64,000 nucleotides of DNA. Origin: Escherichia coli (GTDB lineage: Bacteria > Pseudomonadota > Gammaproteobacteria > Enterobacterales > Enterobacteriaceae). The stretch lies in assembly GCF_009931435.1 (NCBI RefSeq), contig NZ_CP043414.1, one strand, 5' to 3'. A program made the translations under genes and the position numbers. Under the pieces are notes generated by a model, which saw nothing but the letters and a program-made list of their open reading frames with translations, was not told the origin of the DNA and did no database searches. Below are positions 43,072 through 52,253 of this stretch, piece by piece (the stretch's first letter is position 1; the number at the start of each line of letters is the position of its first letter).

Positions 43072-44286
43072 ATGAAGATCGTAAAGGCTGAAGTTTTTGT
43101 TACCTGTCCGGGGCGTAATTTCGTCACATTAAAAATCACCACTGAGGACGGTATTACGGGCCTTGGGGATGCCACCCTCAATGGACGTGAGCTTTCCGTG
43201 GCCTCTTATTTGCAGGATCACCTTTGTCCGCAGCTTATTGGTCGCGATGCACAGCGTATCGAAGATATCTGGCAGTTTTTCTATAAAGGTGCTTACTGGC
43301 GTCGCGGTCCGGTGACGATGTCGGCCATTTCAGCGGTTGATATGGCGCTGTGGGATATTAAAGCCAAAGCTGCCAACATGCCGCTTTACCAGTTACTCGG
43401 CGGCGCGTCTCGTGAAGGGGTGATGGTTTATTGCCATACCACCGGTCACAGTATTGATGAAGCTCTGGATGATTATGCCCGTCATCAGGAGCTGGGATTC
43501 AAAGCCATCCGCGTGCAGTGCGGAATCCCTGGTATGAAAACCACCTACGGCATGTCGAAAGGCAAAGGTCTGGCTTATGAACCCGCAACCAAAGGACAGT
43601 GGCCGGAAGAGCAGCTGTGGTCGACGGAGAAATACCTCGATTTCATGCCGAAATTGTTTGACGCGGTACGTAACAAGTTTGGTTTTAATGAACATTTGCT
43701 GCATGACATGCACCATCGCTTAACGCCTATTGAAGCGGCGCGCTTTGGTAAAAGCATTGAAGATTATCGCATGTTCTGGATGGAAGACCCGACGCCTGCG
43801 GAAAACCAGGAATGCTTCCGCCTGATTCGCCAACACACCGTCACGCCAATTGCAGTGGGTGAAGTCTTCAACAGCATCTGGGACTGCAAACAGCTGATTG
43901 AAGAACAACTTATCGACTATATCCGCACCACGCTGACTCACGCGGGGGGGATTACCGGTATGCGCCGGATTGCCGATTTTGCTTCGTTGTATCAGGTACG
44001 TACTGGCTCACACGGTCCTTCCGATTTGTCACCAGTCTGCATGGCTGCGGCGCTGCACTTTGATCTGTGGGTCCCCAATTTCGGTGTCCAGGAATACATG
44101 GGCTATTCCGAACAAATGCTCGAAGTCTTCCCGCACAACTGGACTTTCGATAACGGCTATATGCATCCGGGAGACAAACCGGGTCTTGGCATCGAATTCG
44201 ATGAAAAGCTGGCGGCGAAATATCCCTATGAACCTGCTTATCTGCCAGTCGCACGTCTGGAAGATGGCACGCTGTGGAACTGGTAA
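43072..44286 (+). CDS. rspA: starvation-sensing protein RspA (mannonate dehydratase / enolase superfamily)
   Basis: 404 aa from [27 protein letters not shown]. Confidence 0.93.
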   Translation: MKIVKAEVFVTCPGRNFVTLKITTEDGITGLGDATLNGRELSVASYLQDHLCPQLIGRDAQRIEDIWQFFYKGAYWRRGPVTMSAISAVDMALWDIKAKAANMPLYQLLGGASREGVMVYCHTTGHSIDEALDDYARHQELGFKAIRVQCGIPGMKTTYGMSKGKGLAYEPATKGQWPEEQLWSTEKYLDFMPKLFDAVRNKFGFNEHLLHDMHHRLTPIEAARFGKSIEDYRMFWMEDPTPAENQECFRLIRQHTVTPIAVGEVFNSIWDCKQLIEEQLIDYIRTTLTHAGGITGMRRIADFASLYQVRTGSHGPSDLSPVCMAAALHFDLWVPNFGVQEYMGYSEQMLEVFPHNWTFDNGYMHPGDKPGLGIEFDEKLAAKYPYEPAYLPVARLEDGTLWNW

Positions 44287-44297
44287 GGAGTAAGATA

Positions 44298-45317
44298 ATG
44301 AAAAGCATTTTAATTGAAAAACCGAATCAACTGGCAATTATCGAACGCGAAATACCCACCCCGTCAGCGGGTGAAGTTCGAGTAAAAGTGAAACTTGCCG
44401 GAATTTGTGGTTCAGATAGCCATATTTATCGTGGGCATAATCCTTTTGCGAAATATCCGCGCGTCATTGGACATGAATTCTTTGGCGTCATTGATGCAGT
44501 GGGTGAAGGCGTGGAAAGCGACAGAGTCGGTGAACGCGTTGCTGTCGATCCGGTGGTCAGCTGTGGGCATTGCTATCCGTGCTCTATAGGTAAGCCGAAC
44601 GTTTGTACGACACTGGCTGTATTAGGTGTGCACGCTGACGGTGGTTTCAGTGAATATGCCGTGGTGCCGGCAAAAAATGCGTGGAAAATTCCTGAAGCAG
44701 TGGCCGATCAATATGCGGTGATGATCGAACCTTTTACCATTGCGGCTAACGTTACCGGTCATGGTCAACCGACTGAAAATGATACCGTTCTGGTTTACGG
44801 TGCAGGTCCAATCGGCCTGACGATCGTTCAGGTATTAAAAGGCGTCTATAACGTTAAGAATGTGATTGTTGCCGATCGCATTGATGAACGACTGGAAAAA
44901 GCGAAAGAGAGCGGGGCAGACTGGGCGATTAATAACAGCCAGACACCGCTTGGCGAGATTTTCGCTGAAAAAGGCATAAAGCCGACATTAATTATCGATG
45001 CGGCTTGTCATCCTTCAATCCTGAAAGAAGCCGTAACGCTGGCTTCTCCAGCGGCACGTATTGTATTGATGGGCTTCTCCAGTGAACCGTCTGAAGTGAT
45101 TCAGCAAGGAATTACCGGAAAAGAACTCTCTATTTTCTCTTCACGCTTAAATGCAAATAAATTCCCGGTCGTTATCGACTGGTTAAGTAAAGGGTTAATT
45201 AAACCAGAAAAACTAATTACCCATACGTTTGATTTCCAGCATGTTGCTGATGCCATTAGTTTATTTGAACAGGATCAAAAGCATTGCTGCAAAGTCTTAC
45301 TCACTTTTTCTGAATAA
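44298..45317 (+). CDS. rspB: Zn-dependent alcohol dehydrogenase RspB
   Basis: 339 aa. Contains GHEFFGVIDAVGEGV and the zinc cysteines. Confidence 0.93.
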   Translation: MKSILIEKPNQLAIIEREIPTPSAGEVRVKVKLAGICGSDSHIYRGHNPFAKYPRVIGHEFFGVIDAVGEGVESDRVGERVAVDPVVSCGHCYPCSIGKPNVCTTLAVLGVHADGGFSEYAVVPAKNAWKIPEAVADQYAVMIEPFTIAANVTGHGQPTENDTVLVYGAGPIGLTIVQVLKGVYNVKNVIVADRIDERLEKAKESGADWAINNSQTPLGEIFAEKGIKPTLIIDAACHPSILKEAVTLASPAARIVLMGFSSEPSEVIQQGITGKELSIFSSRLNANKFPVVIDWLSKGLIKPEKLITHTFDFQHVADAISLFEQDQKHCCKVLLTFSE

Positions 45318-45374
45318 TACCAATAACGGCGAGTAAGTAGTACGCATCTTACCTCTTTTTTAGAGATAACCATT

Positions 45375-45503
45375 ATGACAATAGAAAAACACGAAAGAAG
45401 CACTAAGGATTTGGTGAAAGCAGCAGTATCGGGATGGCTGGGCACTGCGCTTGAATTTATGGATTTCAAGAGTCATACGTGTCAACTATTTGATAAATAT
45501 TAA
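45375..45503 (+). pseudogene. ydfJ: 5' fragment of MFS transporter gene ydfJ, truncated by prophage insertion
   Basis: Reading frame MTIEKHERSTKDLVKAAVSGWLGTALEFMDF, then a divergent tail and a stop after 42 codons. In K-12 ydfJ is split by the Qin prophage (from memory). Confidence 0.6.
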
Positions 45504-45504
45504 A

Positions 45505-46785
45505 TTAATTTTTCATTGCTTCGTTATGGGGCATGGTTGGGGCAAACTCGCTTAACTGTGTATTTAACAAAGCTACCTGTGCATTATTGTTTTCAGACAT
45601 CCATTTTCCGTATACCTGAAATACCATTTGCGCATCTGCATGGCCCATCTGGTTTGCTATAAATGCTGGGTTAGCACCAGCTGTCAGCGACCAGCAGGCA
45701 TAAGTATGTCTCGACTGATATGATTTTCGATGGCGGAGTCCGGCACGTTTTATCGCTGCGTCCCACATCTGCCTTATTGAGTCAACGGTAAAATGGTCAC
45801 CATAATTTTTTACTCTCGCTGACACTTCAGGTTGAAAAACAAAGGTGCATTTATGTTTTTCTGTTCTGCCATACTCTCTGAGGTGAACATCAATGATATG
45901 CTCTTTGCTCAGTCTCGTTAATGTCATCTGACTCCGGAGAGCGTCGATTGCTGGCTTAATAAGATGAATGACCCGATTGGTTCCCGCCTGTGTTTTTGGT
46001 ACCGTGAAACGGTCTTTTGCTAAATTTCTCCTGATCATCATTGTTCCATTTTTCAGATCTATGTCCTCCCATCCAAGTGCACACAGCTCACCAGGGCGAA
46101 CGCCAGTATAAACAGAAACACACCATAAATTTTTGGCTTGCTGATTTCTGCACGCATCGATAAGACGGATGAATTCCTCCCGCGAAAGAGGATCCGGAAT
46201 GGTTCTTGATTCCTTTAATGGCGAGATCCCCTTAAACGGGTTATCTGCCAGGTAACCGTTATCAACACCAAACTGGAACACGGCGTTAAGATTTGTCATG
46301 TAATTATTTACAGTTACAGCCGATCTCCCTGGTTGTGTAACAATATAGTTACTTTTGGGGATCTGGTATCCAGTCAGTAGCTCTTTACGAACCTCCAGTA
46401 ATTTTTCTTTATTAATCGATGAGGCAAGATTTTTTTCACCGATTATGCTCAGGATATTTTTGATGACGGCACGGTATGTGTTGAGTGATGTTTTTGCGAC
46501 TTCAGTTTCTTTCAGTGCCAGAAATTTTTCAGCCAGTTCTTTTATGGTTAAATCTTGTCGGGCCTCACCAAATTTTTCCAGATTGCGTGAGGAGGGAAAC
46601 TGTTTTGCATAGTCGAAAACACCAGTTTTTATTGCGTAACAAACAGAGGCGCGTAGCTCACCTGCAACGCGCCTGTTTTTTGCTGTGTCAGGAACCCCCA
46701 GGTTTTCCCTGACTCTTACGCCTTTATAAACAAACCAGATACGTAATTTCCCTCCATGGTTTTCCACGCCTGTCGGATATTTCAT
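45505..46785 (-). CDS. int: tyrosine-type phage integrase (intact)
   Basis: 426-431 aa. The 3' end abuts the ydfJ junction, as in lambda int/attP. C-terminal catalytic region carries R...HxxR...Y (SRHTYACW...HADAQMV...Y). An SD-like GAGAAG precedes the ATG at 46785. Confidence 0.85.
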   Translation of the reverse strand: MKYPTGVENHGGKLRIWFVYKGVRVRENLGVPDTAKNRRVAGELRASVCYAIKTGVFDYAKQFPSSRNLEKFGEARQDLTIKELAEKFLALKETEVAKTSLNTYRAVIKNILSIIGEKNLASSINKEKLLEVRKELLTGYQIPKSNYIVTQPGRSAVTVNNYMTNLNAVFQFGVDNGYLADNPFKGISPLKESRTIPDPLSREEFIRLIDACRNQQAKNLWCVSVYTGVRPGELCALGWEDIDLKNGTMMIRRNLAKDRFTVPKTQAGTNRVIHLIKPAIDALRSQMTLTRLSKEHIIDVHLREYGRTEKHKCTFVFQPEVSARVKNYGDHFTVDSIRQMWDAAIKRAGLRHRKSYQSRHTYACWSLTAGANPAFIANQMGHADAQMVFQVYGKWMSENNNAQVALLNTQLSEFAPTMPHNEAMKN

Positions 46786-46819
46786 TTCAACTTCTCTCAT
46801 TAGTTAGTGTGGCTTTTAG

Positions 46820-47071
46820 TCAAGTAAGATGACGTCTTGGTCTTGCTGATGCCTGGCGCTCAATCCAGCGATCAATTTCTTCCAGGTTGTAAAAGCATGG
46901 ACTGTTATCCCATGGCATACCGTCATGAGCGACATGCTTATATTCCCTTCCTTCCATAAACGATTTTTCCCGGGCCTTTTTTAACGTACCTTTTTTTATT
47001 CCTTTCAGCGCAATTAACTGCTCTTCGGATACCCATTTGCCGGGAGAGACAATCATGATTACTTCGCTCAT
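46820..47071 (-). CDS. xis: excisionase-like small DNA-binding protein
   Basis: 83-aa basic protein immediately upstream of int in the same orientation. Confidence 0.6.
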   Translation of the reverse strand: MSEVIMIVSPGKWVSEEQLIALKGIKKGTLKKAREKSFMEGREYKHVAHDGMPWDNSPCFYNLEEIDRWIERQASARPRRHLT

Positions 47072-47143
47072 CGATTTCTTTATCTCTTACATCAGACGAG
47101 CGCCGGTTGCAGAATACCAGTCACAACCGGCGACAGTTGAACA

Positions 47144-49615
47144 TTAAGAATCAGCCTGACTCGGGATCAGTTTTTGCCAGATAGCTGAAACGCATTTTGC
47201 CTGGTAACGGGCGTCATCAAGTGCATTATGGCGCTCACCTTCGAATGGAATAGCCGTTCTGGCATCGAAGTCTATGGCTTTCCCCAGCTCAACGATTGTG
47301 CGTACATCGCGATCGTTGTAGTAACGCCACGGGCAGGGGATCCCCTGCCGTTCGTATGAACGGCGCAAAATCGTGTTGTCGAAGTTGGCTCCATTTCCCC
47401 AGACCTGAACAAAAAATTCACCGGAGTTTTCGTCGATAAATTCCCGCAATTGTAACAGTGCATCATCTAACGGGATTTCATCGGTCATAATGGCAGATTG
47501 CGCTTCGCGTGATTGTTTAAGCCACCATTTAATGGTGTCCCGATCAATGACTCCGCCAGCAGTTTCCAGATCGATAGTCTTACTAAATTCCGGTCCCATA
47601 TCTCCGGTTTGCGGATCGAAAAATATTGCACCTATTGAGATAATCGGGGCATCGGGATTTTTTCCCATGGTTTCAAGGTCGATCATCAGATGAATCCCCG
47701 CTCTGCTGGTGGATGTGAGATTATGATGACCGTTCGCCTTAATTAAGGGATCTGACGCCTCGCCAGTTTCACTATCGCTGGCATGATGCTGATTGCCGCC
47801 AGTGTTCTCCTTGTGCTGATGCGCAGTGCCTTCCATTTCCTCCGGATCATTTTCCTGAACTTCAGGCTGATTCTCTCCATCGAATATTTCCTGGTATGTT
47901 GCGTCACCCATCACCGCACCACAATCAGGGCAGTTGCCGCCACCGCTATGACCGCAGGCGGTGCAGATCTTTTCCGGTTCCTGTTGCACTACTGGTTCAG
48001 GTTGTTTCGTTTCTGGCTCGTTTTGTTGCGTATTTGGGCTGTTTTGTTCCGCTTTCTGGTCGTTCTGTTCCGTTTCTTGCTGGTTCTGGTTCACAGAATC
48101 GCGGGTCTGGATCCCCTTAACCCATTTCGGATCATTCGGGTCGCTAATCCCTTCAACAAATTCACCACGTGATACTGCAAGCAGTTCATCGGCGTCAGGC
48201 TGGCTGATATTGGCTGCCTGCATAATTTTGTTTACTTCGTCAGCGGTAACTTTTACTGACCCTGGTTGTGCGGTCGTGTCAGATGCACCAGTATTTTGTT
48301 GTGAACCTGAGTATGTACCGTTTTTGCGGGCGAAATATTCTTCTTTCGTGATTTCAGTAGCCCCAGCAGACAGCGCCTTATCCAGACCAGAAAGTTTGTT
48401 TGCGCGACCGTATTTTTCGCCATCCTTGTCGGTGAAGAGGAAGTAGAACGGCCCCTCACGTTCTACAGATGGTTCGACTTCCACTTTGCATTCGGTTTTT
48501 TCGTTGTCTGGAATTGCCGTTTCCACTGCATCAGTTTCTGGTACTGGCGACGAGAGAGTATCAGTTGCGCTCTGATTTGTTCCTTCATCTTCAAACACGC
48601 CCTTTGTAGTCAGGTATTCAGTAATGTATTTGTTCAGTGCCACAGGGTCTTTGTGAATGTCGATCGGACGTTCACGGACAAGGCCAAAAATAGTCTGGCG
48701 GTCGTAGCGAAGGGCATCAGGCTGTTTGCGCATTGATGCCGAGATACGCTTCCAGTCTTCGCGGTCGTTGTCGATAACTTCATTTTTTGCCCAGCGATGG
48801 ATGCTGCCGTCAATGTTTCCGGCATCTACATCACCAGGCCAGAGAGCGTAGGCCAGTTCGTCATCCAGTGTTTTCCATGTCTGCTTGTATTCGCGATGAA
48901 TGGCAGCAATGACCGGGTTGATTTTTCCTGTTGAATTTTCAGTGTGCTGTTGATTGGCTCTGGCGCGGGCGAGATCAACAACAGACGTGTATTTTCCGGC
49001 TTCCTTGCGTTCACCTTCGCGACGTTTTTTCCAGATGCGCATCTCTGCCTGAATTTCGGGCCATTTGGCACCAGGCTTACATTTATGCTTAACCCACCCG
49101 ATGGCATGCAGCTTAAGCTCCGGATACATAGCGTTAACTTCTGGCATTTTCATCAACGCTTCAACGATATGGCCGTCGAATGTTGCCATGTCTTCCTGCA
49201 ACAATTCCTGTGCGCTAATCACCATATCAACAGTGATGTTTTCACATGTGTGGAACTTAACCATGACAGCGTTCTGTACTTCAGGGGCTAGGTTGTCAAA
49301 AGTGACGTTCATCGGATCGGATTCAGTCTCGACCGGGACAAAGGAAGCAGACGCCTCATCCCAGCGGTTTTCCTGCATATATTCAGCATCCCAGGAATCG
49401 AGGGCAGGGCGGGGTATACCGGGTTTATCCTCGCAAACAAGAAATTTATAAGCGCAGTCCTGAGCAGCCGGATAATGTTCCAGGAATTGCCAGTGAAATT
49501 TTGCGCGGGCGCGACGTTCATCACCGGCTTCAATGGCAGTGGCTACAGCGACGGCACCTTCTTCCTTTATTGCCTGTTCGTCCGGAATGGCGGCGCAAAT
49601 AAAGACTTTACTCAT
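47144..49615 (-). CDS. ydfE: full-length ydfE-type prophage exonuclease: N-terminal region, CxxC...CxxC zinc ribbon, Q/E/N-rich linker, C-terminal DnaQ-like DEDDh 3'-5' exonuclease domain
   Basis: 823 aa. Motifs MIDLETMG (exo I), GNGANFDNTIL (exo II) and HNALDDARY (exo III). Zinc ribbon CTACGHSGGGNCPDCG. This is the position of the IS2-disrupted ydfE in K-12 (from memory). Confidence 0.75.
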   Translation of the reverse strand: MSKVFICAAIPDEQAIKEEGAVAVATAIEAGDERRARAKFHWQFLEHYPAAQDCAYKFLVCEDKPGIPRPALDSWDAEYMQENRWDEASASFVPVETESDPMNVTFDNLAPEVQNAVMVKFHTCENITVDMVISAQELLQEDMATFDGHIVEALMKMPEVNAMYPELKLHAIGWVKHKCKPGAKWPEIQAEMRIWKKRREGERKEAGKYTSVVDLARARANQQHTENSTGKINPVIAAIHREYKQTWKTLDDELAYALWPGDVDAGNIDGSIHRWAKNEVIDNDREDWKRISASMRKQPDALRYDRQTIFGLVRERPIDIHKDPVALNKYITEYLTTKGVFEDEGTNQSATDTLSSPVPETDAVETAIPDNEKTECKVEVEPSVEREGPFYFLFTDKDGEKYGRANKLSGLDKALSAGATEITKEEYFARKNGTYSGSQQNTGASDTTAQPGSVKVTADEVNKIMQAANISQPDADELLAVSRGEFVEGISDPNDPKWVKGIQTRDSVNQNQQETEQNDQKAEQNSPNTQQNEPETKQPEPVVQQEPEKICTACGHSGGGNCPDCGAVMGDATYQEIFDGENQPEVQENDPEEMEGTAHQHKENTGGNQHHASDSETGEASDPLIKANGHHNLTSTSRAGIHLMIDLETMGKNPDAPIISIGAIFFDPQTGDMGPEFSKTIDLETAGGVIDRDTIKWWLKQSREAQSAIMTDEIPLDDALLQLREFIDENSGEFFVQVWGNGANFDNTILRRSYERQGIPCPWRYYNDRDVRTIVELGKAIDFDARTAIPFEGERHNALDDARYQAKCVSAIWQKLIPSQADS

Positions 49616-49707
49616 TTTGTTTTACCTCATTACAGATTTAAGGGTGAACAAATCCCTGCCATTGCTGGCATATAAGAATGAAATCGGATGTTTATTACGG
49701 AACTGTT

Positions 49708-49899
49708 TTAAAGACCTGCCGGGATTTCGTTATTATCCTGGTGAATAACTTTATCGACCGGGTAACAGTTACCGGGAATTTTCTGTTCGGTTGCTGCAGT
49801 CACACACTCCTGCATTGTCCTGTGAACACTGACTGCAATATCAACTGGCTCTCCGGAAACAAGAAAAACTGTCAGAACAAGTGCAAATGCTGTATTCAT
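49708..49899 (-). CDS. ydfD: YdfD small lysis/exported protein
   Basis: 63 aa, MNTAFALVLTVFLVSGEPVDIAVSVHRTMQEC... recognised as Qin YdfD. Start overlaps the dicB stop. Confidence 0.8.
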   Translation of the reverse strand: MNTAFALVLTVFLVSGEPVDIAVSVHRTMQECVTAATEQKIPGNCYPVDKVIHQDNNEIPAGL

Positions 49900-50084
49900 T
49901 GCCAGCATCCTTTTTGTATCGGACGTAAACGGGCCAACATTGAAAGAATGCATATTTTATTTAATAGCTCCCGTTCGTGTTTTCTCTTGTTAATGGCATC
50001 TTCAGTAAATACAGGGTTACTGATAGTGACACCAATTTCAAAACAACCTTCAGACGTATTAACGTTTGGTAATAACGTTTCCAT
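49896..50084 (-). CDS. dicB: DicB cell-division inhibitor (MinC-dependent)
   Basis: 62 aa, METLLPNVNTSEGCFEIGVTISNPVFTEDAINKRKHERELLNKICILSMLARLRPIQKGCWQ. Near-identical to K-12 DicB as I recall it. Confidence 0.9.
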   Translation of the reverse strand: METLLPNVNTSEGCFEIGVTISNPVFTEDAINKRKHERELLNKICILSMLARLRPIQKGCWQ

Positions 50085-50258
50085 TATCGCGTCCTCAACA
50101 ATGAATTTTGTGATGCGGTGCCTGGTGCTTCCAGGTGACGTTAACCAGTTAACAATTAACGCCGGATACAGAGAATCCACCCATAACACTGTTTTTGGTT
50201 TTAACTGTTCCGCGTGCGCTCAGCCGCATTCACCGCATCACAAAATTCACTTTAAAAA

Positions 50259-50311
50259 GGGCGGCAGAGCAGTCACGGAGTAAAACTGATACCGCCAAAC
50301 GTCACCAGAAA
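50259..50311 (-). ncRNA. dicF: DicF small RNA (53 nt) followed by a T-run terminator
   Basis: The minus strand reads TTTCTGGTGACGTTTGGCGGTATCAGTTTTACTCCGTGACTGCTCTGCCGCCC then TTTTT. This matches the DicF sequence from memory. It lies between ydfC and dicB, as in K-12. Confidence 0.88.
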
Positions 50312-50652
50312 ATTGATAACAGAGGGCGTTGCAGCGGGGTTGTCACTTAAGCGTATGGTCAACCTGACAACCCGGTGTCCTCAACGGGGGAAGGAATAAC
50401 CCCGCCATACTTACCGCCGCGCCATTTCGCGGATTGCCACAACCGGAAGCGCACGGTCGACGAAAATTTAACGACAGGCTATCTATGAACCAGCTACCTC
50501 GCCGTGCGCTTTCGCGTTATGGTCTGACTTTTCAGGGAAATATCCTTTCAGTAAACTGTCAGTGCCGGATGCTCACCCGTGTCCGGCGCAAGCACTCCAC
50601 CTTACCCGTGGAGAACTCCTTAATTACCAACCTTAGCTTCGTTGGTTAGCTA

Positions 50653-50871
50653 TTAACGCGGGTATGTAATCATTCTGGCAATGGTTAATGCCGCTGCTTT
50701 TTCCAGATTGGTGATATCCTGCTCCAGAGAGGACAGATTTTCAGCCTGCTTAGCCCTGACTTCATTAGCCCATTTCAGATCCTGCGCTGCATTAATTTTC
50801 TGGTGCATCCACTCATAAAGTTCATCATTGGTATAGTCTGGCGCGATGATGACGGGTTCTCGTTTCTGCAT
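50653..50871 (-). CDS. ydfC: YdfC (dicB-operon protein of unknown function)
   Basis: 72 aa, MQKREPVIIAPDYTNDELYEWMHQKINAAQDLKWANE... Confidence 0.8.
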   Translation of the reverse strand: MQKREPVIIAPDYTNDELYEWMHQKINAAQDLKWANEVRAKQAENLSSLEQDITNLEKAAALTIARMITYPR

Positions 50872-50900
50872 ACTGATTCCTCGCGGTGCTGTTTCGCTTA

Positions 50901-51029
50901 TCAGCCATTAGATTTTGCCGAACTGGAAAGCGCCTGTTTAAATTCGTTGAAGCTGTGAGCTTCTTCGCCTTCGGCAAGGCCTTCGAAGTATTCTTCGTAA
51001 GCCTTTTCCATGATTGTGTCGAAATCCAT
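50901..51029 (-). CDS. ydfB: YdfB (42 aa)
   Basis: Hand translation gives MDFDTIMEKAYEEYFEGLAEGEEAHSFNEFKQALSSSAKSNG with a TGA stop. The ORF is below the six-frame track threshold. Confidence 0.82.
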   Translation of the reverse strand: MDFDTIMEKAYEEYFEGLAEGEEAHSFNEFKQALSSSAKSNG

Positions 51030-51030
51030 A

Positions 51031-51186
51031 TCACCCACCTGAATTTCTTTCCAGCCAGCGACGCGCTCCAGATTCGGTTTTAAACGTTTTGCTTTTGGTA
51101 TACGTCATTGCGGTGAACGTACCGTCCTGGTTGGGGAACACGCCACATACCAGAGATTCGCTGTTGCCAAGATTGATAGTATCCAT
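51031..51186 (-). CDS. ydfA: YdfA (51 aa)
   Basis: MDTINLGNSESLVCGVFPNQDGTFTAMTYTKSKTFKTESGARRWLERNSGG. The start is internal to the 78-aa six-frame ORF. Confidence 0.82.
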   Translation of the reverse strand: MDTINLGNSESLVCGVFPNQDGTFTAMTYTKSKTFKTESGARRWLERNSGG

Positions 51187-51371
51187 GCTGACCTCATTTC
51201 CCCTTAACGCCGGGGTAGCGGAACAAAAACCTGCTGCATAGTTATTAAAGTTGTACCCTGCCGTCATGTTCTTACGCCTCGGGCTGGCTACTTAACCCCT
51301 GACCACTGCCTGGTAACTCGAAGTATTGCCCTGCATTCTGTGGAGCGGGGTGAGTTGGTATGAAAAGAAGG

Positions 51372-51408
51372 ATACCCATAGGTATTTAAAAAGTAAATAC
51401 CCATGGGT
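51372..51408. promoter_or_regulatory. two palindromic operator candidates (ATACC-N4-GGTAT type) in the promoter region of the ydfA-dicB operon
   Basis: ATACCCATAGGTAT at 51372-51385 and ATACCCATGGGT at 51397-51408. The same GGTAT half-site recurs in the 51872-51971 intergenic region. Confidence 0.4.
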
Positions 51409-51451
51409 GACTTTTTGCAGTGTCTTAACTGGTGACTAGTTGTTTGGTGAG

Positions 51452-51871
51452 CTATGATGCGTTTTGTGCTTTCTTTTTACGGATTTCTTCGTAGATCATA
51501 TTGTAATACTGTTTTTTCTCTTCAAGAGTTTTTAATAAGTTATCCGCTTCACTTTCTGGCAGTTCGTCTAAGAGATCTAAAAAAATACGTTGTCGTGGCG
51601 TTAGAACCCTTGTTTCATAACTGGAGGCTGTGTTCGTTGATGATGAAACGATACCATCCATCCATCCCCGGGGTAACCCAAAGGACTCTTCGATAATCTC
51701 CACCATATCATCAGCGATCCGTTTTTTTCCCTTTTTCCCCTCTGGGTACAACATTCTTGATACATAAGAAGGCTCGCGCCCGATCTTTCTGGCCACGTTA
51801 ACCGCTTTACCATCGCATTTCTCATCACGAATTTTGATGAGTTGCTGTCGTCTAAATTCATATTTGTCCAT
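51452..51871 (-). CDS. prophage repressor, RacR-like helix-turn-helix protein (functional analogue of DicA/CI)
   Basis: 139 aa with a helix-turn-helix (GKAVNVARKIGREPSYVSRML). It is divergent from a YdaS/YdaT-like pair, the arrangement known from Rac (racR, ydaS, ydaT). Confidence 0.55.
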   Translation of the reverse strand: MDKYEFRRQQLIKIRDEKCDGKAVNVARKIGREPSYVSRMLYPEGKKGKKRIADDMVEIIEESFGLPRGWMDGIVSSSTNTASSYETRVLTPRQRIFLDLLDELPESEADNLLKTLEEKKQYYNMIYEEIRKKKAQNAS

Positions 51872-51909
51872 AGGTAAATAATAGATGCGATTACTGCAAG
51901 GTAAACAAC

Positions 51910-51945
51910 CTGTGGGTATTGACTTTTGTTTACCTGTAGGTATTC
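51910..51945. promoter_or_regulatory. divergent promoter/operator region with direct repeats CCTGTgGGTATT / CCTGTaGGTATT
   Basis: Two 12-bp direct repeats 24 bp apart, embedded in the inverted pair GTAAACAA / TTGTTTAC. They share the GGTAT half-site with the 51372-51408 palindromes. Confidence 0.4.
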
Positions 51946-51971
51946 TTTGCTGTGTTTACTAAGGAGTAGCT

Positions 51972-52253
51972 ATGGAAGAATTAAGAATATTTCTCAATTC
52001 TCTTTCGTCAGATGAACAGCGTATGTTTGCATGCGAGTGTGGTACCAGCATCGGTTATCTAAGAAAGGCATTGAGTAAAGGTCAAGTGTTAGGGGCATCG
52101 TTATGTGTCCTTATTGAGCGAGCCAGTAATGGTGAAGTTACACGTCAGCAACTAAGGCCTTTTGATTGGATGAATATTTGGCCCGAGCTGGAAGATACCA
52201 AAACGTTAACACAACCACTTTCTAGGAGCTTGATTCATGAAAATCAAGCATGA
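51972..52253 (+). CDS. YdaS-like Cro/antitoxin-type helix-turn-helix protein
   Basis: 93 aa. C-terminal ERASNGEVTRQQLRPFDW resembles Rac YdaS (...ERATRGEVLCEELRPDIDW, from memory). Confidence 0.55.
   Translation: MEELRIFLNSLSSDEQRMFACECGTSIGYLRKALSKGQVLGASLCVLIERASNGEVTRQQLRPFDWMNIWPELEDTKTLTQPLSRSLIHENQA

Noticed and set aside
47783-48446. Two plus-strand ORFs (129 and 161 aa) with Phe/Leu/Cys-rich repeats
   Set aside because: Antisense of the exonuclease Q/E/N-rich repeat region. The repetitive composition gives long open antisense frames.
50434-50649. 71-aa plus-strand ORF between DicF and ydfC
   Set aside because: Lies on the strand opposite the dicB operon, in the known untranslated processing region between ydfC and DicF. 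No ribosome binding site.
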